A stretch of 64,000 nucleotides of DNA from Glaucostegus cemiculus (lineage: Eukaryota). The translations under genes were made by a program, and so were the position numbers. Below are positions 62,461-64,000 of the stretch, piece by piece; position 1 is the first letter of the stretch; each line of letters begins with the position of its first letter. Where the stretch lies: assembly GCA_976551045.1 (NCBI GenBank), contig CDPCPM010000107.1, positions 9,176,001 to 9,240,000 of the forward strand. Direction: 5' to 3'. The notes under the pieces are model-generated. The model saw nothing but the letters and a program-made list of their open reading frames with translations. It did not search any database and was not told the origin of the DNA.

Positions 62461-64000
62461 CTATGTTCAAAACAAGAAGAAAAATCACTACCACATAGAC
62501 TTAAAACAGTTGCTTAACTGCAATATTTCTTTAAACTCCAATTCTCAGGCAATATTGCTATAGGTCACACAATGGTGGAACAAGGGCTGTTGCCATCCAA
62601 GTTGCCATCAAAGCCATCATGCACTGGAGGGGCCAAATGGCCACCTTCAGCACTGTACTAAGTAGAATAACCATCACGGTCACTGTGAATCAACTGGCTG
62701 AATCAGCTGAGCAGCCTTCATGTTCTTCCATGAACATGTTGTTTATAAAATATTCACTTAATCCTTTCAGCCAATTCAAATTTCAGCACATAACCTGTTC
62801 TTCACGTCAGGAAAGCTGACGTTTGACATTCTGATCTTAAAATGATCTCATTTTAGGTTTGGCCAAGTTTACTCACAACAACAGATAGGAAAATATACTG
62901 AATGAAGACTCTACCCTGTTGTGGGTCAGCAGTAATAACATATCTGTGAACACTTGAAATTACACTGCTCCTGCAGACTTCTTACTCTTTAGAAAAGCTT
63001 TCACACCGTGATCAGAATTTGTATTCTACACCAGCTCTTAGATGTTATCTATTATTAGCCGTCATTTCTGGCTTCAAAAACAACCTTGAAACTGCATCCC
63101 TTTAAATTATGCCGGTGAAATAATATTTCACATCTGTCTGGCACATCGTAGAGTTCTGTGGCATTTCACGGTGCCTTTCGAGTCCAACCACTGCCCCATT
63201 TAACGCTTCCCTTAAACCTGATGCCGGTAACACTTGGTTAGAAAGTGAGGATTTGTCATGAAACATTCATAATATCTCAGCATACACGTTAACAGCCAAT
63301 CCAATCTTTGGATATTAAAAAATTCAAAAGAACAAGCTACCATTAATCATGTTTCTAGATTATGCAAAAGAGCCAAGCAATGAACAACTGATTTTATGAC
63401 ATTTAAAATTAAAAACTTAGTTTATTACAGTAAACTGCTTCATTACCAATGAAGCAAATGCAATGTACTACTCTATATTTTTGTTAGCAGTTATGCAAGC
63501 TAAACAGGAATATTCCACAAAACACATGGAAGCAGAACTAGAATTTCCAGTCAGTGGAGACTACCACTATTGCATTAAATAAACTTGTGATCCACAATAA
63601 AGCAAGCCAGCCCAATTCAACTGAAACCAAGTAAGATGACTGTGTCAAACTGTTACAAGCCTAATTTCCTTTCTCTGGCAGCTGGATGGATTAGGACAAT
63701 TTTAATAACAGGAACAATTTTATCTTGTGATTGCAAATAATCATCAACTCCAGTTACATTCACAACTAAAATTCTTCCTACATCTTCCTCAGAGGAACTA
63801 CAGAAGATTCAAAGTTTACTCATTTGTATTACATTCACTGCATCACCACAGTGTAGTGTTAAAGCTATTTTTGATAACTTATACACCAAAGCCAACCATC
63901 AAAACAGATTAAAATCTACAGGATCACCCAGGCAAGCCACATATTCAAAGAATATTAATTCTTTGTTTCCTACAGTATCAAGGGCCACAAAATAAACACC

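Overview
Vertebrate genomic DNA, most likely a cartilaginous fish (shark or ray), judged from its CR1 LINE, V-SINE and Deu-SINE repeat content. Two genes lie tail-to-tail, as I recall from human 20p12. The + strand carries the last three coding exons of SLX4IP (142-230, 14251-14357, 17046-17895). The - strand carries exons 4-26 of the Notch ligand JAG1 (62460 down to the stop at 38611); exons 1-3 lie beyond the right edge. All 23 JAG1 exons have AG acceptors, all 22 internal exons have GT donors, phases are compatible, and sizes are nearly those I recall for human. The JAG1 3'UTR carries seed sites for miR-21, -26, -34, -124, -153, -199 and -200. Non-coding DNA holds a near full-length degenerate CR1 inside a nested repeat pile, a Harbinger transposase fossil, Tigger-like MITEs, SINEs and a young RTE-derived element with a pseudoknot-capable head. 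I see no convincing new multi-gene system. The best leads are the structured RTE head (ribozyme candidate), inverted duplications and an inversion at CR1 copies, the miRNA-site array with possible alternative polyadenylation, two candidate JAG1 splice variants, and candidate enhancers. All comparisons with human proteins and repeat consensuses are from memory, not database searches.
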